64,000 bases of DNA from Rubripirellula sp. (lineage in GTDB: Bacteria; Planctomycetota; Planctomycetia; Pirellulales; Pirellulaceae): positions 2,336,001 through 2,400,000 of the forward strand of contig OZ244207.1 of NCBI GenBank assembly GCA_965216875.1, read 5' to 3'. Below, one piece after another: positions 48,201 to 56,692 of the stretch; position 1 is the stretch's first letter, and every line of letters starts with the position of its first letter. The notes under the pieces are model-generated. The model ran no database searches. It was given only the letters and a program-made list of their open reading frames with translations, and was not told where the DNA came from. The translations under genes were made by a program, and so were the position numbers.

Positions 48201-49918
48201 ACAACGATCAAGGTTTTGCGGCCAAGTTCACTCTTGGCGTATCGGCGCAACCACGACATGCTGTCGATGAGATCGAGATCGCTTGGCAAACCAGGACACT
48301 CTGACTTGAGCGCCGCGTGCAAGTCTTTGGCAAGCCCGTCCCCAGAGGCTTCGACAAACACAACCGTCACCGACTCGTCGATCAACGGCACCAGCCCCGC
48401 TTTGACGAACGAAGACTTCCCGCATCCTGAAGGCCCATAAATCACACCCGCACGAAATGCCAATTCAGGATCGTCGGACAGGATTCGCCGCTGCCAAAAC
48501 CGCAAACTCTCTGGCACGCCCAGGCGATCCAACGGCCCCGGCAGCAACTGCTGGAAGAAACTAGCGTCCTCGGTATCAAACGACCTTAGTCCCCGAGGCA
48601 CGATCTTCTCTGGACGTGACGAGCTCGGATCGGCTCCAGAAGCAACCGCCTGCATACCGAACGATGAGTTTCCGATCGACTCTTCAAGCACGCTCGCCAG
48701 TTCGGCAGCGAACGCAGCCGCACTCGGATAGCGATCAGCAGCACGCTTGCTGAGCGCGCGGCTACAAATCCTGTCGAGCTCTTTGGGCAAAACGGGATTG
48801 TGATGCTGGAGCGGCAAGGGATCCAGTGTCAAAACCTCGTCGATCACTTGGTGGTGTGTTTTTCCGGGGAAGGGACGTCCGCCCCCAAGAACCTCATACA
48901 TCACAACGCCAAGACTGAACACGTCACTGCGTCCGTCCACCAAGTGACCTTCGCCACGCGCTTGTTCGGGACTCATATAGCCGGGAGTGCCAAGCCACCC
49001 ACGCCGTCGTTCGTGAGCGTCCTCGGTCAATGCGAGCCCAAAATCGCTCACGAAACACTCGCCGCGCTCGTCGAGCAACAAATTGGCCGGTTTGATGTCG
49101 CGATGCACAACTCCCTGGTCGTGCACGGATTGAAGAGTCTCGGCAACGGACTGGACCAAAACAAGCGCGTCACGAATCGGCATCGGAGCACGACGAATCC
49201 GTTGACTCAACGATTCGCCCTTGATGTACTTCATCACCACGAAACAGCGATCGTCGATTCGGCCGACATCGTAGATGGGAACCACGTGCGAATGATCCAA
49301 ATTGGCAAGCATTCGCGCTTCGGAAAGGTACAACTCAATCGCGGCGGGCGTCATCTCGCGATCGGGATGCGGGAGTTTGACCGCCACTTGCCGGTTCAAC
49401 TCCGGGTCCTGCGCGAGATAGACGTTTCCGAATCCGCCCGATCCCAACACGCTTTCCAGTTGATACCTGCCCACCGTCAACCCAAGGTCGCTGGAAGCGT
49501 CCTTTGCTTGGCTGTTTGTGCCAACCGAGATCTCATGTTCAGCCGTTCGCGCACCCGCTACGTTGGTCGCGCTGTGATTCGATTCGCTGGCAATCGTTGC
49601 GTGCCCATCGAGCACTTCTTTGATCACGTTGGTGAACTGAGGAAACTCGCTGAAATAGTCACCCACGCTTCGCGAAGAGCCGCGTTGTTGTCGCATGGAC
49701 ATGTCGAACAGAAGCAACTCGCGAAAAACCTCGGCTCGCTGCTTGACCGGAATCTCGTCTTGCACGAGCTGGTCTACGAAGCTGCGGAGGCTGAAATCTC
49801 CCTCTTCATGCCAGCTGCTCTCAAACTGAGCGCGATAATTTGAGTGGTCGGCCGAATCTTGATCGACCGTTTCATCGCTTGTCATTTCAAAACTAGCTTC
49901 AACCGACTCATGCCCCAA
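45293..49918 (-). CDS. Ser/Thr kinase + nSTAND1-type NTPase + TM + helical region + FGE-sulfatase (C-lectin fold) domain
   Basis: LGSGGFGNV, VAVK, HRDIKPANLL, DFG, GTPGYMSPEQ; GLRSF, GPSGCGKSSFVKAG, VDQFEQ, LTHDFLV; TM; RLPTAEEWE, PNRLGIFDMVGNLSEWC, GFRVVR. Confidence 0.9.
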   Translation of the reverse strand: MGHESVEASFEMTSDETVDQDSADHSNYRAQFESSWHEEGDFSLRSFVDQLVQDEIPVKQRAEVFRELLLFDMSMRQQRGSSRSVGDYFSEFPQFTNVIKEVLDGHATIASESNHSATNVAGARTAEHEISVGTNSQAKDASSDLGLTVGRYQLESVLGSGGFGNVYLAQDPELNRQVAVKLPHPDREMTPAAIELYLSEARMLANLDHSHVVPIYDVGRIDDRCFVVMKYIKGESLSQRIRRAPMPIRDALVLVQSVAETLQSVHDQGVVHRDIKPANLLLDERGECFVSDFGLALTEDAHERRRGWLGTPGYMSPEQARGEGHLVDGRSDVFSLGVVMYEVLGGGRPFPGKTHHQVIDEVLTLDPLPLQHHNPVLPKELDRICSRALSKRAADRYPSAAAFAAELASVLEESIGNSSFGMQAVASGADPSSSRPEKIVPRGLRSFDTEDASFFQQLLPGPLDRLGVPESLRFWQRRILSDDPELAFRAGVIYGPSGCGKSSFVKAGLVPLIDESVTVVFVEASGDGLAKDLHAALKSECPGLPSDLDLIDSMSWLRRYAKSELGRKTLIVVDQFEQWLHARAASGVDELAIAFRQCDGLNLQSLFLVRDEFWLSISQLMDELEVDLVGNRNLALIDRFDGPHAQKVLGEFGRAFGKLPDRSSDWSYQQEIFVERAIEGLSENSTVMPVRLATFAEMMKTRQWDADSLSALGGIEGVGARFLDESFSSPDAPVGNRKHLEATRKLLAALLPATGTNIKGAMRPESELRLLCGYGQHPKRFNEMIEILDRDLRLITPAGRSRAGEVEKVVGESCYQLTHDFLVPAVRQWIETHQQLTMRGRAALRLADRTEVYLSRSDRRHMPSWIEWVYFSLLTMPAQRGQAAQEMLSAANKRYLLGTVAAVAFMLLLGVGAFRYSREIKATALADQLVTADTSELPRLLKQAEADRSWMQSELRHRLTKYDVETPQHLRAHTALLAIDPTDQSVFDELTERLFTVDYDLMLVIAAELRKGDTEQLRLRLLKTLEDDDEDDDLRLRSGLVLARISEELDVSPESRWNALAPFLVQTALAKVSSKPGNYDAIIDGLMPIRLALVDSFAAEFRTNATPQQRDATVAVVSDIYSDEPAMIALTMLDVRGERVGEILAMLGTMEDEITPVLREAAFPDIGPDADETELSEKSSRKANAIAVLASRGEFDELWLGLQHKDVPDTRAWLLDRTPKLELETNVLVQRLQIASDPGEIYGLMLLIAQFENVVGTGDELDNVAAVAQRHFVEHPDCAVHGASEYLLRKLGMDQWVDEATLGLAGRTDPSNQWTVTPRGQTMVRVSNETVDFEIAINEVTVGQYLEHRPGREPNVHRDQAPTNEHPMQLVNWIDAVSYTRWLTRQEGMGEAEMCYPALEGLENDEILLRSDYLSRKGYRLPTAEEWEAACFAGVTTPFPFGHDPSLQRNYKWLVGNDLDNPHKVKTFMPNRLGIFDMVGNLSEWCSGIGVNKNSDVRQFRGYANTAYTDPDFLTDGTETTRKRAFSFGFRVVRAPTSVQE

Positions 49919-50026
49919 TAAGCCACAACAAAGAGATTGCCAAATAGGAATTGACCATCATAACATTGATTGCTGGTCACAGCGGGCCATCAGCTGCTAA
50001 CGACCTAGATTCTAGTTCCGTTGATT

Positions 50027-51505
50027 CTAGAGTCGCTGCAGCGCAACCCCACCCGTTTTGCGGGCAAGCTGAATCAGGTCGTCATTCTCGGCTTCAACGA
50101 TAAAGACGTGCAGCATGATTCCCTTGAGCTCTTTCGGCTGGACATTTATCCCGTGATCTCCGTCGGTAACAATGATGAGCTCCGGCCGTAGAGCATCCAT
50201 GTCGCTAACCGCTTTGCGAATCCTCTTAATCCCTTCGCGCAACGCGAGGTTGATGTCCGTGTCATCCCCCATGAAAAAGTCGTAGTGCAAACGCTGGATC
50301 TCTTCGCGTGCTTCGGACACTTCCGTGACCATGACTTCATCGTGAACGACCGAATCAAAAAAGCTGTAGCCCAAAACCGCCTCACGACGTCCGACCGCTC
50401 GCAGTCGGTTCAGCAAAATTGCCAGCAATTTGTAGATCCGTTCGCCCGCTTGCATCGATTTACTGCGATCAAGCAGCGCGTAGAAAAACTGCTTCTTGTC
50501 ACTCCGCTTGATCTTTTCTCGAACCATGAAGCTCTTCGTTGCGACACGGTACCGAAAGTACTTTGGTGAGGCCACTTTCATCGCCCAAGCCGCCGGGGCA
50601 AGCTTCGACAACTCATCAAAGGACTGCATCATCCTCATCCGAGTTTGATCGCCGTCCGCTGCCGGAATCATCTTTTTCTCAAAACGTGGCTGAAACGCGA
50701 CATATTCGTTCGCGATTCGAGCAATCCGAAGCAAAGCCTCCATGCTCGGTTCTTCGAGCAATCGCGAGGCAACGTTCAATCGCCGAACCGAAAGCGGGTG
50801 CATTTCCTTCTTCTCGGTTTGCTCGCGCATCCCGCCAAAGCAATCACTAAAAAGCGACGCGATTCGACCGCGTGTTTCGATCGTTTCGACAAGTTGTATC
50901 GAGGTGATGCCGCGATCAACACTCATCTGTTCGTGGTCAATCTTGTCGGTTGGCTTGAGCTGGTCTTCATTGGGAAGACATTCGAGCAATTCGATTTCAT
51001 CCGCTTCAAGCCCACCTACCTCCTGGAGCGCCCAATTGATCTGTTCAGCAATCTTCTCGGGTGGAATCCCGACTGCGATGGCGCGTTTTGCCGTTGCGAT
51101 GATCGCAACGTTGGCGATGGCTCGATCGATGTCGGTTCGACCGTGAATGTTCTGAAACTCGACATCGCGCAAGCTGAGAACTAAACGATGATAGATTTCG
51201 GCGTCCTTGACCGACCAGTTCACGAATTCATCAAGCCACTGAAGCGGCTTCCACATTCGCATCCTGTAAGTGAGCCGCGTGCGCCGTTCGATTTCCGCCT
51301 TACTGGCGAAGGTGCCTTCGTCAACCAGATGCACACCGTCCCAAATGATGGGCAACGGAAGATGATGCATCCCAATGGCATCGAGTTTCTTCACCACTTC
51401 GTTTGTGTTGATCTGCTGCCGCCGTTCACTCATGTCTGGCAAAGTGACATGAGTGTGGTGCTTGATGAAATTCAGAAATCTGCGATCAACTCGAATGCGT
51501 TCCAT
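50027..51505 (-). CDS. vWA-domain protein (ViaA/CoxE-like architecture)
   Basis: C-terminal MIDAS: LLDRSKSM, GDDTD, IIVTDG; helical N-terminus. Confidence 0.8.
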   Translation of the reverse strand: MERIRVDRRFLNFIKHHTHVTLPDMSERRQQINTNEVVKKLDAIGMHHLPLPIIWDGVHLVDEGTFASKAEIERRTRLTYRMRMWKPLQWLDEFVNWSVKDAEIYHRLVLSLRDVEFQNIHGRTDIDRAIANVAIIATAKRAIAVGIPPEKIAEQINWALQEVGGLEADEIELLECLPNEDQLKPTDKIDHEQMSVDRGITSIQLVETIETRGRIASLFSDCFGGMREQTEKKEMHPLSVRRLNVASRLLEEPSMEALLRIARIANEYVAFQPRFEKKMIPAADGDQTRMRMMQSFDELSKLAPAAWAMKVASPKYFRYRVATKSFMVREKIKRSDKKQFFYALLDRSKSMQAGERIYKLLAILLNRLRAVGRREAVLGYSFFDSVVHDEVMVTEVSEAREEIQRLHYDFFMGDDTDINLALREGIKRIRKAVSDMDALRPELIIVTDGDHGINVQPKELKGIMLHVFIVEAENDDLIQLARKTGGVALQRL

Positions 51506-51625
51506 AGTGACCGCATTCTACTCGACTCAGCCTCGGATCGCTTGGCCCGAGAACCGGGACGTCCCTAGGAAGGACAGTTCCGTAGGAGCGTCACCCTCCC
51601 AAGGTCGAGTCAACAGATGCCCCTG

Positions 51626-52597
51626 TTAGGCCGAGGTCGCTGGTTGGTAGTCGCGTGATGTCTTGCGACCACGTTTGCATTGATACATCAAATCATCGGC
51701 AAGCGTCCACGCATCGGCAAGTGACTTTGAAGGTTCGCGATGAGCCAAGCCAATGGATGCTTGCAGCCCCGCCTCTGCCAGCGATGCTTCAAGACGCGAC
51801 ACGAGCTTGCGTCCTTGCTCGGTATCACACTGAACTGCGAGAACAGCGAATTCATCGCCCCCAACGCGTGCAAGGACATCACACTCACGAGTGGCTGCCT
51901 TGATCGCATGTGCCGCTTTGACGATCACTTCGTCCCCGCTGCTGTGACCAAATTTGTCATTGATGATCTTGAGGCCATCGAGATCAATCGCGAGAACGGA
52001 AGCCTGGTTCCCGTAGTCACGGCAACGCTCTTCTTCGCCTGACAACAACATGTCCCAACCGCGGCGATTGTAAAGTCCGGTCAATGAATCGGTCGAAGCT
52101 TCCATTTCGGCCCGTTCCGCCCTCCGCATTTCCGATTCCGCGCGCAGTTCCGACGATAGAATCGTTCCGAGCATCCGCGAGATCAGTTCGAGTTGCGGTA
52201 GCTCGTAGATCAAGTCGTCCGATTGCTTCTTGGGATCAATCGCACACAACGTTCCAAATAGCGTTCCGTCGGGTTTCGTCAGCGGCAGCCCAACATACGC
52301 CTCAATGTCGACTTGGCGACCAATGGGTGCCTCAAGATAGGCCGGAACCAAGCCAGAGTTGGGTGCGATGCAAGGCCCGAGCCCTTCCACCATCCGCGAG
52401 CAAAAGGAATCGGTCCAATTGAAGACGTCACCTTCCTTGACGTCGTACCCGTGATCTTCCGCTTGCAGGACAATCCAATCGTTGCCCTCAGTTCGAGTCA
52501 CCATCCAGAGCGAGAACCCGAGTCGCTCATGGAGGTAGCTGAGTACTTCCTTCGATGTCGCGCGAAAATTTGCATACGGACTGAATGTTCCAAGCAT
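51626..52597 (-). CDS. GAF-GGDEF diguanylate cyclase
   Basis: GAF: SFC..YVGLPL..GTLFGTLCAID; DSLTGLYNRRG; DLDGLK.INDKFGH..GD; RECD I-site; RVGGDEF. Confidence 0.93.
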   Translation of the reverse strand: MLGTFSPYANFRATSKEVLSYLHERLGFSLWMVTRTEGNDWIVLQAEDHGYDVKEGDVFNWTDSFCSRMVEGLGPCIAPNSGLVPAYLEAPIGRQVDIEAYVGLPLTKPDGTLFGTLCAIDPKKQSDDLIYELPQLELISRMLGTILSSELRAESEMRRAERAEMEASTDSLTGLYNRRGWDMLLSGEEERCRDYGNQASVLAIDLDGLKIINDKFGHSSGDEVIVKAAHAIKAATRECDVLARVGGDEFAVLAVQCDTEQGRKLVSRLEASLAEAGLQASIGLAHREPSKSLADAWTLADDLMYQCKRGRKTSRDYQPATSA

Positions 52598-52834
52598 CTG
52601 TCTGCCCCACTGATGTCGTTGCTCGTTTTGGCTCGGTCTTTCGACGACAACGATTCAAGCCGCCCACTACGTTGCCAGGGAAACCCTAGCTTCGAAACCG
52701 GCGGGGCACTCACAAACCTTAACGCTTTTGCTGCGGGTAGCCGCATCCGTGTTTTGTCAGGCGGTTCGTACCGAATGGACCGGTTAAACCTCGTACAATT
52801 GCGGTCTCGCGCAGTCCCCGCCTCCATCCCGCCA

Positions 52835-54277
52835 ATGAAAACCAACGCGATGCTTCCTCGACGACTCTACGGAATCCTCACCGCATGCTTCGCAGCAATC
52901 ATCTGTTGCGATGGACTCTCGGCCGCGCCTCCGAACATCCTGTTCATCGCCGCGGATGACTTGAGGTGTGATCTCGGATCCTACGGTAACACGGATGTGA
53001 TGACTCCAAACCTCGATCGACTCGCAGACCGAAGCGTGCAATTCAATCGAGCCTATTGCCAACAAGCCGTTTGCAATCCGTCGCGCTCGTCACTGTTGAC
53101 CGGCAAGCGTCCCGACACCCTTCGACTCTGGAACCTCGGCAAACACTTTCGCGATGAGTTGCCAGACGTAGTGACGCTTCCGCAGTATTTCAAACAACAG
53201 GGCTACTTTGCCCAGAACATTGGCAAGGTGTTTCACAATTGGCAAACCAAAGTGAAAGGGGATCCGCCATCTTGGAGTGTCCCTGCCGTCATGCATTACG
53301 CACGGCATGGTGACGATGCTGCAAAGTCCGACGAGCCACTCGCCGAGAACTTCGCATCAGATAAAAAATGCGAATGCCGCGACGTCCCTGACGACGCCTA
53401 TTTCGATGGCCGCATCGCGCACATGGCAGTCGAAGCCATCAAACAACGCTCGGAATCGGATACGCCTTTCTTTCTTGCCGTTGGATTCTGGAAACCGCAC
53501 GCCCCCTTCAACGCTCCGAAAAAATACTGGGACCTGTACGATCGCAGCAAAATCAGCATGCCGCACCCTTCTTCCTGGCCCAAGGATGCGCCGCGCATCG
53601 CATGGCACAATGGACGAGAATTGCTGGGGACGCCGGCACGAAAACTCACCGATGACGCAATCCTCGAGATGCGTCACGGCTACCTCGCCGCAATCAGCTA
53701 CCTCGATGCTCAAATCGGGAAAGTACTCGACGCGATCGACGATGCCGGCCTGGCCGATGACACGATCATCGTTTTCTGGTCCGACCATGGGTACCACCTG
53801 GGCGAACAAACGCTCTGGGCAAAGACATCCAATTTCGAACTTGATGCACGCGTCCCGCTGATGATTTCGACACCCGATACTGTCTCCGGCCAATGCGACT
53901 CGGTCGTCGAACTCCTTGACCTTTACCCGACGCTGGTTGACCTCGCAGGACTTCCAGCGAAACACGGCCTCGAAGGCAAGAGCTTGACGCCCCTTCTAAA
54001 GAATCCAACCAAATCATCCGACACGGTTGCTCTCACCCAACACCCACGACCGGCCTATTTCAAAGGTTCGTATGAGACGATGGGCTATTCACTCCGGTCC
54101 AACCGCTTTCGCTACACCGAGTGGCGCGCGGCGAAGACCGACAAACTGGTAGCCCGTGAATTGTATGACCACCGGGATGATCCCTACGAAACGGTCAATG
54201 TCATCAACAAAGCGATCTTCCAATCCGAGGTCGAGGGAATGGCCAAGCGACTCCATGAAATTCGCTTGCGCAAATGA
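52835..54277 (+). CDS. Formylglycine-dependent sulfatase (iduronate-2-sulfatase-like)
   Basis: Signal peptide; PNILFIAADDL; CNPSRSSLLTG (CxPxR); GKVFH; KPHAPF; SDHGYHLGE; start moved to ATG 52835. Confidence 0.93.
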   Translation: MKTNAMLPRRLYGILTACFAAIICCDGLSAAPPNILFIAADDLRCDLGSYGNTDVMTPNLDRLADRSVQFNRAYCQQAVCNPSRSSLLTGKRPDTLRLWNLGKHFRDELPDVVTLPQYFKQQGYFAQNIGKVFHNWQTKVKGDPPSWSVPAVMHYARHGDDAAKSDEPLAENFASDKKCECRDVPDDAYFDGRIAHMAVEAIKQRSESDTPFFLAVGFWKPHAPFNAPKKYWDLYDRSKISMPHPSSWPKDAPRIAWHNGRELLGTPARKLTDDAILEMRHGYLAAISYLDAQIGKVLDAIDDAGLADDTIIVFWSDHGYHLGEQTLWAKTSNFELDARVPLMISTPDTVSGQCDSVVELLDLYPTLVDLAGLPAKHGLEGKSLTPLLKNPTKSSDTVALTQHPRPAYFKGSYETMGYSLRSNRFRYTEWRAAKTDKLVARELYDHRDDPYETVNVINKAIFQSEVEGMAKRLHEIRLRK

Positions 54278-54292
54278 GGGACGCAAAAAGCG

Positions 54293-55456
54293 TTACAACG
54301 TCCACTTGGCTTGCCGCAAAACCGCACGTGCGGAGCCTTTCATTTTTTCGTACCAAACAGTGAGCAGCGTGCCGTCGCTGAGCTGGACAGTACTTGGGTA
54401 ACCCAAGTCGCCTCCGACCCCGTCGTCAGAAATCACAATAGGGTCGCTCCAGGTTTCTCCCTGATCGCTGCTTACCCGAGCCTGCACACCAAACGGTGGT
54501 CGGCGGTGCCCGTAACTCATCAGGAGTCTGTCGTCGGCCAGCCGCACAAGATGGGACGGCAGTCCCCAAACACCAATCGATCTTGGCGTGCTCCAAGTCT
54601 CCCCACCGTCGGTCGATTCACTTTGCAATGTTTCTCGAGCGTTCGTTCGGTTGTGATTGCGAACGTGTGCGATCAACTTGCCATCGCCAGCTTCCACGGC
54701 GTGAAGTTCGTGGTAGTTCGCTGGATCATCGCCCTCGCGAGTCGGCAGCGCCGCCAGCCATCGCCACGATTGCCCATCATCGTCAGACACACAGAAGCCA
54801 CACCGTCGCTCGCCCGTCCAAAGTTCCTTGCCTGCATAGAGCAGCCGACCGTCGGCAAGTTGGTTGGGACCATGCGGACTGTTTACGATGCTCGAGTAAC
54901 GCTTGGACCAAGTGACTCCACCATCAGTCGATCGAATCATCCACTGGCCGAGCTCTGCTTTCCGATGCGCCGCGTCAAGGCGTCGATGCGCCGATGCCCA
55001 GCGTCGCATTTTCTCACTGACAGTTTGACCGGAACCAGCGGCGATCTGCTCGACCGCCGCATTGAGTTCGTCTGTTTCATAAGCAAGTGACGTGAACGTG
55101 GTCACCAACAACGTGCCCTTGGCGGTGACAGTAATCCCGGCATCTCGATCGTCGATCGGTCCGTCGATCAACGTTCGAGGATAGGTCCATGTTTCGCCGT
55201 TGTCGGTCGAACGTATCATTTCAACGCGGCCAAACGGGCAAACGTGCTGTTCGCGCCCACCGGAATAGACGACCAAGAGCTCGCCATTGTTGCGTCGCGC
55301 AAGCGTCGGCCAGCCACAGTAAAGATTCGGCGTCGACGAGATCACTCGACGATCGATTGACCGGTTCGGCTGTGCGATCATCCGACCGGCAAACGCAATC
55401 GGTGATGCGGCTGCAATGAACTTGAGGGCAACACGACGAGACGTTGTTGTATCCAT
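54293..55456 (-). CDS. Tat-exported BNR/Asp-box sialidase-like protein
   Basis: SRRVALK Tat-like motif; Asp boxes STDNGETW, STDGGVTW, SDDDGQSW, STDGGETW, SSDQGETW; DLGYPS. Confidence 0.85.
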   Translation of the reverse strand: MDTTTSRRVALKFIAAASPIAFAGRMIAQPNRSIDRRVISSTPNLYCGWPTLARRNNGELLVVYSGGREQHVCPFGRVEMIRSTDNGETWTYPRTLIDGPIDDRDAGITVTAKGTLLVTTFTSLAYETDELNAAVEQIAAGSGQTVSEKMRRWASAHRRLDAAHRKAELGQWMIRSTDGGVTWSKRYSSIVNSPHGPNQLADGRLLYAGKELWTGERRCGFCVSDDDGQSWRWLAALPTREGDDPANYHELHAVEAGDGKLIAHVRNHNRTNARETLQSESTDGGETWSTPRSIGVWGLPSHLVRLADDRLLMSYGHRRPPFGVQARVSSDQGETWSDPIVISDDGVGGDLGYPSTVQLSDGTLLTVWYEKMKGSARAVLRQAKWTL

Positions 55457-55519
55457 GAGTCAGCACGCTAGGAGGGAGGAAGCAGGTGGGGCGCTCATTC
55501 TAGACGATCCGACTGTCGA

Positions 55520-56123
55520 CGTAGGCCGGATCAAGGAGCGTCAGCAACGCAGATCCGGCAAGCTCCCCAAATCACTGACCATCTTCTGTGTCGTGCACAA
55601 CAATCCCCACGCGCACTAAAATGGTCCCCTCACTCACCTGCCATCGAAATCGGGAAAAGGGCGTTGATCTATTCACGCGTACTGTCGGCAGCTGTTTGCG
55701 TCGTCTATTTCGCGTGGCGAGCGATCGAGGGCGACGTAATGGGCCGCCTGCTCGTAGGATTGTTCGGATACACCATGCTACTGGTGCTCATTTGGTTTCC
55801 TGATCCGTTCGCCAATGCGATCAGCGGCAACGTTTTTGTGAGTCCCACCATCAATCGAACCACTCCTGCCCGCTTTGTCGTCATTGGCGCTTGGTGCCTA
55901 CTCGTTGCGGGAATCAGCACCAACATCTACATCCTTGCAAATATGTAGGCCTGTGAGCCGCCGGCCGTGAGGCCTCGGGCCCTACCCGACCTGCGCCAAA
56001 TTGAGTTTAGATTTGCGATTCAGTGCCCGGCCGCTTACGCGATCACGGCTCAATTAGGTGAATTCGGCTGGTCGTACGATCATGCCGGATCTGCGTCGCT
56101 GTCGCTCCTTGATCCGGCCTACG
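55520..56123. repeat. Inverted GTAG-type REP pair bracketing a small gene
   Basis: 55520-55560 and 56083-56123 are reverse complements (39/41); each carries a gccggatc..gatccggc hairpin. Confidence 0.85.
55664..55948 (+). CDS. Small membrane protein (about 3 TM)
   Basis: 94-aa hydrophobic ORF; purine-rich RBS (aaaggg) before TTG. Confidence 0.55.
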   Translation: MIYSRVLSAAVCVVYFAWRAIEGDVMGRLLVGLFGYTMLLVLIWFPDPFANAISGNVFVSPTINRTTPARFVVIGAWCLLVAGISTNIYILANM

Positions 56124-56127
56124 GTGA

Positions 56128-56550
56128 CTATTCTTTCGGTGCAAACGCCGCTCTGGATTGGGCACGACTGAGAACTTCAAGTGCCCAAATACCCGTCGGT
56201 ATTCCTAGAACGACGAGCGGCGAGCAGCACGGAATGCAGCAGGTAAACGCGCCAAACCAAGCCAAGCGAAACGATCTGATTCTCATCATTTGGACCCCGC
56301 AATAGAACTGAAATGCGTGTACTAACAGCAGAAGGACTAGCTCCGGAACTGCTGGAGCCCCCATCCCTGCCGACCGCTCTTCAACGACCAGGACTACGAT
56401 GCCCAGCAGCTCAAACACTATGCTTGCGCCAGCGAATGTCATGATTGCTTTGGCTGGCCGCGTCAGGTAAGCAAGTGGATGATCATCCAACTCGGTCGAC
56501 TGGTCCGAGTCCGGCTCACTTACTGGGGGCGAATAGGGGTTCGTGTCCAA
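56128..56550 (-). CDS. Small membrane protein with N-terminal NPYSPP motif
   Basis: MDTNPYSPP; TMs; CCIPCCSP..LGIPTGIWALEVL. Confidence 0.7.
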   Translation of the reverse strand: MDTNPYSPPVSEPDSDQSTELDDHPLAYLTRPAKAIMTFAGASIVFELLGIVVLVVEERSAGMGAPAVPELVLLLLVHAFQFYCGVQMMRIRSFRLAWFGAFTCCIPCCSPLVVLGIPTGIWALEVLSRAQSRAAFAPKE

Positions 56551-56692
56551 GATGAACGCAGATGGTTGGGAGAATGTAGCCGGACGAAGATCGTAGCTAC
56601 CGTCGCCAGAAGCTGGTCGCTACGGGTGAGCGAGACCGTAGGTCATGCTGTGCATGACTGCCACAGATTGTCATGCACAGCATGACCTACGA

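Noticed and set aside
52313..52834. Long N-terminal extension of the sulfatase ORF
   Set aside because: It overlaps the divergent GGDEF gene; the signal peptide begins near 52835.
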